Positions 13,739 to 26,601 of a stretch of DNA of 64,000 nt are shown here, piece by piece (position 1 is the first letter of the stretch; each line of letters starts with the position of its first letter). A program made the translations under genes and the position numbers. The stretch covers positions 72,230,001 through 72,294,000 of the forward strand of contig NC_043007.1 in NCBI RefSeq assembly GCF_006345805.1. Direction: 5' to 3'. The notes below the pieces were generated by a model, which made no database searches, had not been told where the DNA came from, and saw only the letters and a program-made list of their open reading frames with translations. The stretch comes from Octopus sinensis. Taxonomy: Eukaryota.

Positions 13739-14400
13739 TATATATATATATATATGTATATCTTATTACATTTTGCCTTATTATTATCCTGTATAATCAT
13801 GTTTAGATTTACATATACTTTTTCCTCTTTGTGAACCCACTTCATTAAAGATTCACCCCCTTTATCTCAACATCCAACCTCCTCATTCTTTATCGAGTGA
13901 AAAAACGGTATGGAACGTTTTGGTTTTGGTGTCTCGCTATGCATATACGACTATGAGGATTTGCATTCCCAACGAAACTCGTTTTTTTCCAAAACTTCTT
14001 CTCAACCGCTATAATGTAATATATGTCTTTGGTGTGGTAACTGTACGCGGCTGAAGAAAACTATTGACATACATGTTACATCAATATGCATTGATATAAA
14101 TTGTCCAATAAGCCAGAACATATGTACCGCTAAATCCTTTGCATCCTGTTTTTCTTTTGATAAATATATGTGTATATATATATAATATATATATTATATA
14201 TATATATATATGCATATATGTATATATATATATATGCATATATGTATATATATATATATATGCATTATGTATATATATATATATGCATATATGTATATAT
14301 ATATATGCATATATGTATATATATATATATATGCACATATGTATATATATATGCATATATATATGTATATATATATATATATATTATATATATATATATA
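12876..14400. repeat. Near-identical tandem duplication (12876-13515 and 13756-14400)
   Basis: About 420 bp of unique sequence plus a GCAT-punctuated TA tract repeated; differences are nearly all 1-bp indels. Confidence 0.9.
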
Positions 14401-14977
14401 TATATGTCATATAATACTTACTCAAGTTTATATATTTTTTTACATTTATTTACATATTTTTTACAAGATATATATGTACACATATATATAGTATACATTA
14501 TATATTTGTGTGTGTGTGCGTGTGTGTGTGTGTGTGCTTAATTATATAAAAAAATCTTTTGTTAAAGATACAAAAACTTATTGAGATGTTTAACGGTATT
14601 TATACCATTAAATGTTATACATATTCTTATTATACATCCATTTATACATCCTCTCAATTATCTGAGAATAATCTTCTAAGTAGAAATAAAATAGAAGAAA
14701 TATTTAAATCTACAAATGATGGCTAATTAATAATTACTAATGAGTAATGTATGAGTAGAGACAAGCAGTTGAAACTACTAAACACCACATTGCACTATGC
14801 AGTATTGTTCCTTCTATGTTCTTATTTAACTCCCTCCTGCATTGAAGTTTCCATTTGGTGGGTGATTAATTTAGCGCTAGCAATATACTTTGTGAAAACT
14901 GACCATGTACTTCGACAGAAGAAATCGGCCACCTCAATATTTCAAAATCTCTACAAATCTTTATAGTTAAAGATTCA

Positions 14978-15130
14978 TTTTACAGTCATTAGACTGCAGC
15001 CCTGCTGGAGCACTGTATCGGAGGATTTTTAGTCGAATGTATCGACCCTAAAACTGTTTTTTAAAGATTGTGACATACTCTATTGGTTTCTTTGCCGAAC
15101 AGCTAAGTTACGGAGGCGTAAATATACCAA
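14978..15130 (-). mobile_element. SINE family B, 3' fragment
   Basis: CAGTCATTAGACTGCAGCCCTGCTGGAGCAC...GCCGAACAGCTAAGTTACGG. Confidence 0.75.
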
Positions 15131-15171
15131 TAATTAAAAGTTATACCAATAATCAGAAGACAAACAATTAT

Positions 15172-15333
15172 AACAATTGCAGCATGGAAGGTGTTTGTAA
15201 GCCATTTAAGAAACACACAAAAGCCGTTCGATTCACTTCAGCATTTAAGTTTAATTTGTCAAAATATTTTCGTCGCTAAAATCCGCGACCTGTTCACTGA
15301 CAAAAATTCGTGCTATGCGAGTACATCTCCGTA
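15172..15333 (+). mobile_element. MITE-like element, left-truncated
   Basis: Body shared with 26602-26854; ends in GCTATGCGAGTACATCTCCGTA, the same terminal word that ends the oppositely oriented 26.6-kb copy, which implies TIRs. Confidence 0.7.
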
Positions 15334-16029
15334 AAACAATTATAGCTTGGTCTCAAATCAAATCACTTACCAGGCAAGAATTGGGGTCTCCGATATATTC
15401 GTTCGTGTTTTTCTTCCTTTTTTCTCTATTTGGCACTCCATCGCTATATATGAGGAAAGAGGTAAAATTTATTCAAATTCCAAATACGATGAACAAAATC
15501 TGAAGAAGAATAAAAGTGCAAAAGCAAAATCTAAAGTATAATAGCCATCTCAATATGGCTAACCACTACGGGTGGGTGTTACTGTAGCTTCTAAAAGCTT
15601 CCGATAAAAATATTTTTCGTGTTAATTCGAATAACACAAGAAAGGATTAAAATAAAATCAGACTAAGCCGCGTGATTAATAAGTTCAGTTTGGAAATTCT
15701 TAGTTCTGAGTTCGGTCCTACTGTGCGGCACTTTGAAAATGTTTTCTATTGTAACTTCGAGTCAATCAAGGATTGTGAATTTAATAGACATATATATGTG
15801 TGTGTTCGTGTGTGCGTGTGTTCATGTGTTCGTGTGTGTGTGTTCCTGTGTGCATGAGCGCGCACATGCCAGCTTAAAATGGAGCGCTTAGTTCTGTCCC
15901 TATACAAGAAAAGATGACTTAATTCAAAACTGGATAATAAATTACATACGCGGCCATGAACTCTTGAAAATGGTATTACAGCATGGTCATAATCAAGTGA
16001 CTGAAATCAGTAGTAGATTTTAAACTGTA

Positions 16030-16230
16030 TTCGAGTAATATCCCAGGCCACTCAGCTGTAAATGGGTAAGCTTGCGACGGACTAGCCTTCCGATCAAAGG
16101 GAATGTTGGTCTGCTCGCCCATCCAGCGGGCTGGCCTCATTAGAAAGTTAAAACAAAGCGAAGCGCATTGTGACGAGTGATGTATAACAACATCCGATAG
16201 TCTAGACTATGCCGTAATACCGTGATATTC
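16030..16230 (+). mobile_element. Old SINE fragment carrying the family C tail on a different upstream segment
   Basis: CCACTCAGCTGTAAATGGG followed by GCGAAGCGCATTGTGACGAGTGATG...CCGTGATA. Confidence 0.65.
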
Positions 16231-16832
16231 CATAATGCTTTCTCGGTATTGGTATCAACATTTGAGATATTAGATTGGAAACTTGAAGAAATCTGCAACT
16301 TGGACAAGTTTATTCACAAAGGCGCGCCTGCATTAACTTACACACACACACACACACACGTGCGCGCCGCATATGCATACATCAATTAATTCAGATAACC
16401 ACAAACCTCAAGGGCCGCCTTTAGTTACACAAAAGCCTCGCTAGCTTGTTAGAGACCGGCTCGAAATCTGCAAAAGAGAAAAACCAACTAAAACATACAA
16501 ACACACGACAAACTTTGGTACGGTTTCTATCAGCCAATTCAGCTAAAAAAAAAACAGAGTATTATTCAACCTAAGATTATGAGAGAAGACTAATGCGCCG
16601 TCGCATATCGGGCACGGACCTGTTACAAATGATTGCGAAGCGAACTTATAGTCTTACGGCCATGTTTACAGTGCTAAATATTTACTGTTGACTTCACAAC
16701 TCAATAATCTTACATGACCCAACACTGCTTGTGTTGAAGGCTAAACTGACGCTCACTAGTTCAACCATTACACAGCAATTTACCTATTATTCGCTCAACA
16801 AAATAATGAAATAGACACAACTGTATACGTAA

Positions 16833-17144
16833 TATCGCCGTGACCGTGACCGACCAGGCTATCAGATGTTGCTACACATCGCTGGTCACAATGCGCTTCG
16901 CATTGTTTTAGCCTTCAAATGACGCCACCCCGCTGGCTAAGCGAGCAGGCCAACAGAAGAAAGAGTGAGAGAAAGTTGTGGCGAAAGAGTACAGCAGGGA
17001 TCGCCACCACCACCCTGCCGGAGCCTCGTGGAGCTTTAGGTGTTTTCGCTCAATAAACACTCACAACGCCCGGTCTAGGAATCGAAACCGCGATCCTACG
17101 ACCGCGAGTCTGCTGCCCTAACCACTGAGCCATTGCGCCTCCAC
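16833..17144 (-). mobile_element. SINE family C, full length, 13-bp TSD
   Basis: Flanked by GTATACGTAATAT at 16823-16835 and 17145-17157. Confidence 0.93.
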
Positions 17145-17370
17145 GTATACGTAATATACAAACCAGGTTCTATCGATAACCACTCACGTGTTATATCGAT
17201 AGAGTGAATAAGGCCTCATACTCAGAGGTAACTACAGTAACAACAAACAGGAGCTATCTAATACATAATGAGTTCAGAATAACTATGAAAGTGATACACT
17301 TATAAATCAAGTAACCAGATTACATTGATATCAAGGAATCGTTATTGATCTGGTGACCAGGAGACTACTA

Positions 17371-17589
17371 CTATTTCTTTACTACCCACAAGGGGCTAAA
17401 CACAGAGGGGACAATCGGATTAAGTCGATTATATTGACCCCAGTGCGTAACTGGTATTTATTTAATCGACCCCGAAAGGATGAAAGGCAAAGTCGACCTC
17501 GGCGGAATTTGAACTCAGAACGTAACCGCAAACGAAATACTGTTAAGCATTTCGCCCGGCGTGCTAACGATTCTTCCAGCTCGCTGCCT
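17371..17589 (-). mobile_element. SINE family A1
   Basis: Reverse complement of 1317-1549. Confidence 0.9.
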
Positions 17590-17687
17590 AGGAGACCAGG
17601 GGTCCATTACTGATCACGTATTCAGGCGACCAGGAACAGAGGACAAGAAAATAATAACAGAGGAGCAGATACTGTATAACTGAAATA

Positions 17688-17898
17688 TTGATTTCAAATT
17701 TTGGCTCAAGGCCAGCAATTTAGGGGGAAGGGACTTAGTCGATTACATCGACTCCGGTATTCAACTGGTACTTATTTTATTGACCACAGAAAGATGAAAC
17801 GAAAAGTTGGCGGAATTTGAACTCAGAACGTAAAGTCGGACGAAATGCCGCAAAGTATTTTGTCCTGTGTGCTAACGCTTCTGCCAGCTCGCCACCTT
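17688..17898 (-). mobile_element. SINE family A2 (A head and core, alternative tail)
   Basis: TTTCAAATTTTGGCTCAAGGCCAGC tail plus CTGCCAGCTCGCCACC head. Confidence 0.85.
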
Positions 17899-18029
17899 GC
17901 ACAGAGTGCGGCAAAATGATCTGACACATTTGTAGGTTTAATAAAAGCGAAATAGAGTAAAAAACGAAAATTTTGTTTTTATTTACGAAATGTACATATA
18001 ATGCCATTTCGTATCATTTGGTTTTAAGA

Positions 18030-18608
18030 ATTATACCAGTCAAGTTGGTGCTGTTATTGTCCACATGTTGTCGAAGGCGTTCATGAAAGTTGTCCATAAC
18101 ACGACGAGTCATTTGATGTGGAGCAATTTCTTAACGAATGGCATCTTTTAATTGTTCAATAGATTAAGGGTGATGAGTGTATACCTCTGATTTCATGTAC
18201 CCCCACAGGAAAAAATCGCACGGGTTCAAATCAGGTGATCGGGCGGGTTAACCGATGTCACCGTGCAATGAGATCACATGACCGGGGAACATTTCCCTCA
18301 AAATCTTCCTCGCACGTCTAGAAGTGTGGGCTGTTGTCCCATCCTGTTAAAACCGAACATTGTCCCTATCAAGTTTATTCCATTTCGGTTTCAGAAAAGT
18401 CTCTAGCATCACACAACATTGATCAGAGTTCAGAGTCACAGTAACACTGTCTTCTTCTAAGAAGTACGGATCCCAAATGAGTAGGTACGGGATTATGTCT
18501 ATCTAGCCTTAAGTGCACATGGAACGCTCTTCGTGTTGCAGTTACGGATTCGTTGTTCTTGATAAACGTTTACACAATGAAAGTGCGATGCTCACCCGTC
18601 CAATTCAT
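18030..18608 (-). pseudogene. Transposase pseudogene (N-terminal HTH start joined to catalytic C-terminus)
   Basis: QDGTTAHTSRRARKILREMFPGHVISLHGDIG*PARSPDLNPCDFFLWGYMKSEVY. Confidence 0.88.
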
Positions 18609-18685
18609 ATTGGCAACTGAAAGCGAAATGAAACAAAATGTGACAAATTGCACTTATTGAAACAAAATGGCATTATATGTACATT

Positions 18686-18978
18686 CTTTGACTCTTTTAC
18701 TCTTTTACTTGTTTCAGTCATTTGACTGCGGCCATGCTGGAGCACCGCCTTTAGTCGAGCAAATCGACCCCGGGACTTATTCTTTGTAAGCCCAGTACTT
18801 ATTCTATCGGTCTCTTTTGCCGAACCCCTAAGTGACGGGGACGTAAACACACCAGCATCGGTTGTCAAGCAATGCTAGGGGGACAAACACAGACACACAA
18901 ACATATACACACATACATATATATATACATATATACGACAGGCTTCTTTCAGTTTCCGTCTACCAAATCCATTCACAA
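18686..18978 (-). mobile_element. SINE family B inserted in the right TIR of the transposon
   Basis: The TIR is split: AAATGGCATTATATGTACATT before the SINE and the remainder after it. Confidence 0.9.
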
Positions 18979-19080
18979 AAATAAAAATAAAAAAACATTT
19001 TTCGCTCTATACTGTATTTCACTTTTATTAAACCTACAAATGTGTCAGATCATTTTGCTGCACTCTGTATAATTGAAATA

Positions 19081-19247
19081 TTGGTTTCAAATTTTGGCAC
19101 AAGGCCAGCAAGTTTGGGGGTGGGTAAGTCGATTACATCGATATTTATACTCAGCTGGTACTTATTTTATCGATCCCGGAATGATGAAAGGCAAAGTTAA
19201 CCTCGGTGTATTTTGCCGGCGTGCTAAAGATTCTTCCAGCTCGCCGC
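19081..19247 (-). mobile_element. SINE family A2, internally deleted
   Basis: TTGGTTTCAAATTTTGGCACAAGGCCAGC...CCAGCTCGCCGC. Confidence 0.8.
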
Positions 19248-20530
19248 TTTGTTTAACTGAAATATTGACTAACTGTCATTGTTGTTTAGATTCCGGTCAA
19301 CTCTAATAGAGCAGAATATGTCAAAGGTACTCTATTCGTGACTATCTCCTCTTCTTGGGGTAATATAGAACATTACCCAGTGTGTTCTTTCACTTTCTTA
19401 AGATTGTAAAATGTAATTTGATGGAGATTTATCAGCTATTTCTAACTTATCAAGTGACCTCGTAGAGGAAGCCTCGCAAATGGTTTGCACCATTTACATT
19501 TTACAAGAGAAAAGGAATTGTTATACCACAAACAAAAAAAAAAACAATTACAAAAACAAACAAAAAAAAAACAAGAAAAGCAAACAGTTATCTGCTTACA
19601 AATGTCATCTTTTCTAATTTGTTTCAGCCCTTCAGGTGAAATATTATTATAGATATATATTTCCGTTGGCTACGAATGACCCATGAATTTTCATCACAAC
19701 CTCTCTTATCCTCTACAAAGCTGTCTCATATAATAGGAATTCATCAAAATGAATTGTGGTTTGCACCTGTTGTTGTGTTTGCCCTCGTCGTCGTCGTAGT
19801 CATTCTTATCATCGTCAGCCACGACATCACCATTGATATTAAAGCCATCGTGACTGTCTACATAACGACGTATAATGTCCAACCTTTATATGCCTTGTTG
19901 TTTAATATTTCTCTATATATAACACCATATAATAACATAGATGGCGTTATCAGGAAATATTAACAAGCAGTTCAACTTTTTCCCAATAAAAGTAGGATAC
20001 TATCATGTTTGATATCTGAGAGAAATGATCATCGTCATTAGCACGTTATTACTTGAATAAGGATCGCTTAAACATGCAGTCACAGATGTATTGTGAAGAG
20101 GAATTAAAATTAGATGATATTTGTGCTTTTCTCAAGGAAGATAAACGTAAGGAAATCAACGATGTTCTTACATGGAATACTGTCAAATTCCTATCGCAAA
20201 AATTAGTCTTTCTTTTCTTGGTCTGAAAATATTTCGGCTCTTATCAGTTGGCGCTAAAAAAGCTCAGGACTTTCTATACTGGGACATATGTATCTGCAAA
20301 GTTGCTGTTAATCCCGTAAACACGCTCTCAATGCAGTTCAGCAAGGTGTCCTCTTGTCTCTTCCATTGTTTTTATTGACAAGAAATTAAGACATAAGAAG
20401 TGTTTAATGTAAAACAATACTTTGTTAAAAATTCAATTTTCTTCTAGATCAAACCCCATAACTAGATGAAATATTATGTGATCATTTATTGTATCTCGGA
20501 AGGATCATTATGCAAAATAATTTTTTTAAA

Positions 20531-20720
20531 TGGTTTCAAATTTTGGCACAAGGCCAGCAGTTTCGAAGAGAGGCTAGTAGATTACATCGACCCTAGTGCA
20601 CACTGGTACTCATCCTACCAACCCCGAAAGGATGAAAGTGAAGTGGACCTCGGCGGAATTTGAACTCAGAGCGCAAAGGCGGACGAAATGTCGCTAACGA
20701 ATACGCCAGCTCGCCACCTT
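20531..20720 (-). mobile_element. SINE family A2
   Basis: Same tail and head as 17688. Confidence 0.82.
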
Positions 20721-22460
20721 ACATTATGTAAATAATAGATACTCACGTTGGTTATAGTTCACTTTTTTTAATCATTTTTATTTGTTAATTGATTAATCCT
20801 TTAACTAATTGATTGATTAATCGTTCGGTCAATCAATTAATTGGTCAGCTGTTGTTGTCAAAATCCTATACATGCCTTCTCTACTACAAGTCTGCTTCAT
20901 TCGATTAGTTTATTGGTTAAATGGTTAACCTATTGACAAACATTAAAAAAATTAAATAGAACGAGCGCAGTTCAATACCAAAAGATTTGTCAAGAAAACG
21001 TTTATAATCCATTACATCAACTTTGGTTCATTCCTTCATATTTAACCAATCATTTTTTTTTCTTCTTTTCAACTCATCATTTCTTAAGGTTGTTGATATT
21101 TTTGTTGTGAAGTAAATAAGACTTAATTTGACAGATCTCAAGTGTGACAAATTTTAAGTGGAATTCACAACCTGCTTCTTCTACCTGCTGTCTGTCCTAC
21201 TGCTGAGATCGGACCGAAGTTTATAATCATCGTGTCAATAAGATTTTTTCATTCTTTCACCACAACTACAATGTCTGTTACAGCAAACTATTAAACTACT
21301 ATTATCCCCCACCCTCTTTTAAATCATAGCGTACTTCCCATGACTTGAGTTTATTTTAAACAATGGACAAATGTCTTTCTAAAGACGCACTGATCTAAAA
21401 ACACGCAATTCTATTACCATCTACATCTAATTCAAAAAGAAGACAGAGGTGGCGTGTATATAATATGCTCGGTTTGTAGAGAACACTAATTCCCCTTCCC
21501 ATGAAACTTACTGATGTACGTACGCTGCAGGATCCATTTGGCTAATATAGTGATTCCTAGACCACACACACCAGATTATCAATGGCTTTGTGTTTATTTA
21601 TCAAGCGACGCCTATAATAGTGGGCGAGTGGTCTATTAAATATAGATTACAAAGGAGACAGGTAAGCCAGTTGATAATTTGGCACTGAACAGACAACTGT
21701 TATCTCTTACAACAGGGACTGTGATGGTCTTTTAAATAGGACGTGTCTATTTGATGGAGCGCAGTGAAAGATTGCTCAGGATTTAGTGTCAATCATTTAG
21801 AGAAAGTATTACTGAAATCAGTCGTCCGGAAATGTAATCTTCTATTATTGTTTACGATTGATTAGTTTTAGGACAATGGAAACTGTGAGACATGACAGAG
21901 ATTGTCATCACGTCATCACTTGTAAAGATAAATTACTGCTCAAATCTAGTGAGAATAATTCAAAATATCACCTAATACACATGGCGTAGATATCTGGGAG
22001 CTTAATATTCCCTACATGCACGTTAGTCTTAACATATTAGTCCCCTTGACAGATTTAACTGCGCAAACCTATGATAAAGAGCATTCTGGCAATGGCCATC
22101 TCGTCTATTTTGTTGTCTATTTTAGACTATATCGTCCAATCTGCCTTCCTTTTCAAACACGACTGGGTGTAATTTGAGGGAATTTAGGTTATTATTTCTA
22201 ACAAGCTGAGCAACCAGGTGGACAATACAAGGAAATTAAGTGCCTCATGTTCAATGAACTGAGCAAACCAAGCAAGACTCAGGCAATCTAATTGTAAGAA
22301 GCAGTATTTAGTTATATTTCCTCACTGATTTTCAGATATTAAAGGAAGAAAATGAGGCAAAGGCAACTCGACGGTCAATTTGTTATTCGTCAAGCTAGAC
22401 ATAATTCTCCAGATAGGCACGAGAAAGGAGCATTTTATGCATGTTGTAGTGGAAATTGAG

Positions 22461-22507
22461 TTTTCTTACGACTCGAGTTTCACGCTAGTGCGATCATCAG
22501 GCGAAAC
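22461..22507 (-). ncRNA. Hammerhead-like motif, family H3
   Basis: GTTTCGC CTGATGA TCGC acta GCGT GAAA CTCGAG TC; ACTCGAGT palindromic stem III, GUC triplet; stem I imperfect. Confidence 0.55.
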
Positions 22508-22759
22508 TAACGTGACTACATAAACCAACTTACATAAACAAATTAATACTTACATAACAAATTACATAACACCCTCCAACTAAAATTGCATGCAATATAA
22601 AAACTCTACACAACAGATAGAACACACAACCAATAGAATAACATATATCGGACCCATCCACAAATACCAACGTCTTTTACTGTTTATATTTTGAACTATC
22701 GTTACTGTCCTGTTTTTGTTACCATTTTTACCCCTCCGCAAAAAGATCTCAAATTTTAT

Positions 22760-23030
22760 TTAATTTGATTTTCGCGGGAAGGAAAGTTTCTATCGAAGAT
22801 GCGTATCGCCGTCACCTTCGAAACGCAGAGTAGATGAAACCATGGTGACTGAAGAAGGGGAATTTTCCTTGTGTTATTTGTCCTGTACTCTATTTTTTCG
22901 TTGTTTAAGAAAAATGTCCAGTTCCTTGGTTTTGTGTTTATGTTTTCGTTTCTCATTGTGTTCGACGTTTTTCTTTTTTGGTGTCCTGTACCCTTATATG
23001 CATGTATATATACATGTAGAGGTAGGTACG
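22760..23030 (-). repeat. Dispersed repeat F, second copy
   Basis: Reverse complement of 10742-10935. Confidence 0.6.
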
Positions 23031-23092
23031 TACATATATGTATGTATATATGCATATGTTTTATTTATTAATTTATATATACACACACATAC

Positions 23093-23524
23093 ATATAAAA
23101 CTGAAGTTGTCTCTGTGTGGTGGGGGGGGGCAGGTTTGGTAGCCTTCAACAAACACTATCTCCTGCGGCGCAAGTTGACCAAAATTGAGTGTATGATAGA
23201 AGAAGTTTTGCTCTTCATTCCGTAGCAAAAAATCCAAATCGGACCATGTTCAGACCAAAAATTATTTACATCAAAAAAGTGCTTCTTTTTTTTCTATGAA
23301 AATGCCTACTTTTTACGACTTTTTGGCTGCTGTGTCGCCATTTTTCGGTGTATTTCAACCAGAAAAATATTCACTTATTGAGGATAACAAGTTACATAAT
23401 GCAAAATTTTTACTTTTCAAAAAAGATTAAAACTATGTCAAAACTTTGTTAACGCGACATCAAAGTCTGCCGTTTTAAGCGCAACTAAAAAACAAACCCG
23501 AGCAACGCAGGGCTATACTACTAG
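23093..23524 (+). mobile_element. Non-autonomous Helitron-like element
   Basis: TATAAAACTGAAGTTG start; ACCCGAGCAACGCAGGG hairpin followed by terminal CTAG; body shared with 46279. Confidence 0.8.
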
Positions 23525-23806
23525 CATATATATATATGTTGGTATTTGTGGATGGCTTCGATATGTGTCATTGGTTGTGTATTCTATCTGCTGTGTAGCG
23601 TTTACACTGCATGAGATTTTAGTTGGAGGGTGTTTTAATTTGTTTATGTAAGTTGATATATGTGTATATATAAATACGTACACACGCACATATATATGTA
23701 TAATAGATACATACAAACACACACACATTCACACATATATATGTATATATATATATATATTCATATACATACATACAAGTGCGCGGGCACATTTATTTAT
23801 ATTTAT

Positions 23807-24142
23807 ACTTTTTACTCGTTTACTTGCTTGAGTCATTTGGCGGCGGCCATGCTGGAGCACCGCCTTTAGTCGAGCAACTCGACCCAGGACTTATTCTTTG
23901 TAAGCGTAGTACTTATTATATAGGTCTTTTTTGCCGAACCGCTAAGTTACGGGGACGCAAACGCACCACTATCGGTTGTCAAGCGATTTTGGGGGGGACA
24001 AACACAGACACACAAACATATACACACATATACATATGTATATACATATATATACATATATACGACGGGCTTCTTTCAGTTTCCGTCTACCAAATCCACT
24101 CACAAAGCTTTGGTCAGCCCGAGGTTGTAGTAGAGGACACTT
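23807..24142 (-). mobile_element. SINE family B, 5'-truncated
   Basis: Family B tail and body. Confidence 0.88.
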
Positions 24143-24188
24143 AATAATGTGTGTGTATATATATAATATATATATATATATTATATAC

Positions 24189-24590
24189 GTTTAAATATTT
24201 GTTGTGCAAGATTTTTTATGTGAAGTCGTGTGTTGAAACAGATATGTTATATTTCGGAATGGTCATTTTGCCAGTTTAGAAATAAAAACACACCGCACAT
24301 ATATTTGGTGTTACTTTGCTTCAGTGTTATATTTTTTCATTAATCTTAATCTTATTTCGGCCCAGAGTTCTTTCGTCACACTCCTGTGACCGCATCAGTG
24401 GTCCTTTGTTTTTCTTCTCACTTTTGTGTCTCTCCTTACTACCGTCAGCCATTTTGTATTTCTATTGTATGTCTTCATATGCGCATCTTATATCTCTATG
24501 TGCGTTTATGTTTATTTAGTGTGTGTATGTGGGTGCCTGTAATATTTGTATCTTCTGTTTTTATATGTCCTGTAATTTGTATTTTGTATT
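24189..24590 (-). mobile_element. Solo copy of the H1 pLTR-like repeat
   Basis: Homologous to the 8815-9161 and 9671-10090 arms; hammerhead motif at 24360-24404. Confidence 0.8.
24360..24404 (-). ncRNA. Minimal hammerhead motif, family H1 (A9C)
   Basis: GGACCA CTGATGC G GTCAC aggagt GTGAC GAAA GAAC TC TGGGC. Confidence 0.65.
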
Positions 24591-24669
24591 TTTTTTTGTT
24601 TGTTTTTTTTTGTTTTATGACGATAGAGGATCCTGGAAAACATAATAAATACACAGATAAATAAATAAA

Positions 24670-24723
<54 letters not shown>

Positions 24724-25035
24724 GTGTGTGTGGTGTGTGTGGTGTATATGTATATGTATATATATATATATGATATATATATATATTTTTTTTTTCGATT
24801 CAATTATTATTATTTATTACTAACATTGTGTTATACATACATACATACATACATACAAGCATATGTAATGATAATAATGGGTGGATGTAAACACATGAAC
24901 AAAATAAGAATAAACATATACATATACATATTATATATATATATATAATATATATATATATTTATATATATATATATATATCTAATATATATATCTCTAT
25001 ATATATATACACACACACACACACATATATATTAT

Positions 25036-25432
25036 TCTCTTTACTCTTTTACTTGTTTCAGTCATTTGACTACCGCCTTTAATCGAGCAACTCGACCCCG
25101 GGACTTATTCGGTGTAAGCCCAGTACTTATTCTATCGTTCTCTTTGCCGAACCGCTAAGGAACGGGGACATAAACACACCAGCATCGGTTGTCAAGCAAT
25201 GCTAGGGGGACCACGCAGACACACAACACACACCACACATTATATATATATATATATATACGCATATACGACGGGCTTCTTTCAGTTTCCGCCTACCAAA
25301 TCCCCTCACAAGGCTTTGGTTGGCCCGAGGCTATAGTAGAAGACACTTGCCCAAGGTGCCACGCAGTGGGACTGAACCCGGAACCATGTGGTTGGTAAAC
25401 AAGCTACTTACCACACACCCACTCCTGCGCCT
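25036..25432 (-). mobile_element. SINE family B, near full length
   Basis: Head ...CCACTCCTGCGCCT and tail. Confidence 0.9.
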
Positions 25433-25442
25433 ACATGTTATA

Positions 25443-25487
<45 letters not shown>

Positions 25488-26058
25488 TATATATATACAT
25501 ACATACACACACACACACATATATATATGTGTTATATATATATATATATATACACACACATATATATATATGTATATATATATGTGTGTATATATATATA
25601 TATATATACACATACAACATATAAACATTATAACAATTATATAACAATTATAAAATCTGTGTTTCTTATGATCGATTTACATATTCTCTTGTGGATTATA
25701 TTTCACAGTATGGTCTGTATTTCATACCATTATCTTTATATTATTATTGTTGTTGTTGTTGTTCTTGCTGCTGCTGCTGCTGCTGTTGTTGTTGTTGTTG
25801 TTGTTGTTGTTTTGGATAGTTTCTCGGATAGTTCTTAATTACCGGTTAGTCTTTACTTGAAAGCAGGCAACAACAAATCACCAAAGGTTTCAAGTAGTGC
25901 CTTCTCCTGTGACTCAGAGTCAATACTCTCCGTAGAATGCGAGCTGTATCCAACAATGCTATCTTCTGGATCACCTCGAGCCTGACAGCAGCTCCAATAT
26001 TCTTAATATGCCACATGACATATTTTCATGAAGCGTTATATTAAAGGATTATTATAAA

Positions 26059-26105
<47 letters not shown>

Positions 26106-26137
26106 TTATTTATTATTATTATTTTTTTTTTTTTTTT

Positions 26138-26546
26138 TTACTTGTTTCAGTCATTTGACTGCGGCCATGCTGGAGCACCGCCTTTTAGTCGAGCAAATCG
26201 ACCCCGGGACTTATTCTTGTAAACCCAGTACTTATTCTATCGGTCTCTTTTGCCGAACCGCTAAGTGACGGGGACGTAAACACAAAAACACACCAGCATC
26301 GGTGTCAAGCAATGCTAGGGGGACAAACACAGACACACAAACACACACACACACACCACATATACATATATATACATATATACGACAGGCTTCTTTCAGT
26401 TTCCGTCTACCAAATCCACTCACAAGGCATTGGTCGGCCCGGGGCTATAGCAGAAGACACTTGCCCAAGATGCCACGCAGTGGGACTGAACCCGGAACCA
26501 TGTGGTTGGTTAGCAAGCTACTTACCACACAGCCACTCCTGCGCCT
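26138..26546 (-). mobile_element. SINE family B, full length
   Basis: Head ...AGCCACTCCTGCGCCT and tail. Confidence 0.92.
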
Positions 26547-26553
26547 ATTATTA

Positions 26554-26587
<34 letters not shown>

Positions 26588-26601
26588 CATTATTATTATT
26601 A

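Larger units (their letters stand above)
17902..19067 (-). mobile_element. Tc1/mariner DD41D (rosa/Visitor-type) transposon relic, internally deleted
   Basis: TIRs CAGAGTGCGGCAAAATGATCTGACACATT (17902) and inverse ending 19067 followed by TA; MNWTGEHRTFIV*TFIKNNES; QDG-x41-D ending SPDLNPCDFFLWGY; stops present. Confidence 0.9.

Noticed and set aside
22824-22870. Possible type II hammerhead in repeat F (CCTTCGAAAC...CTGAAGAAGGGG)
   Set aside because: Stem I does not pair in either copy and stem II needs G-U pairs or core bases
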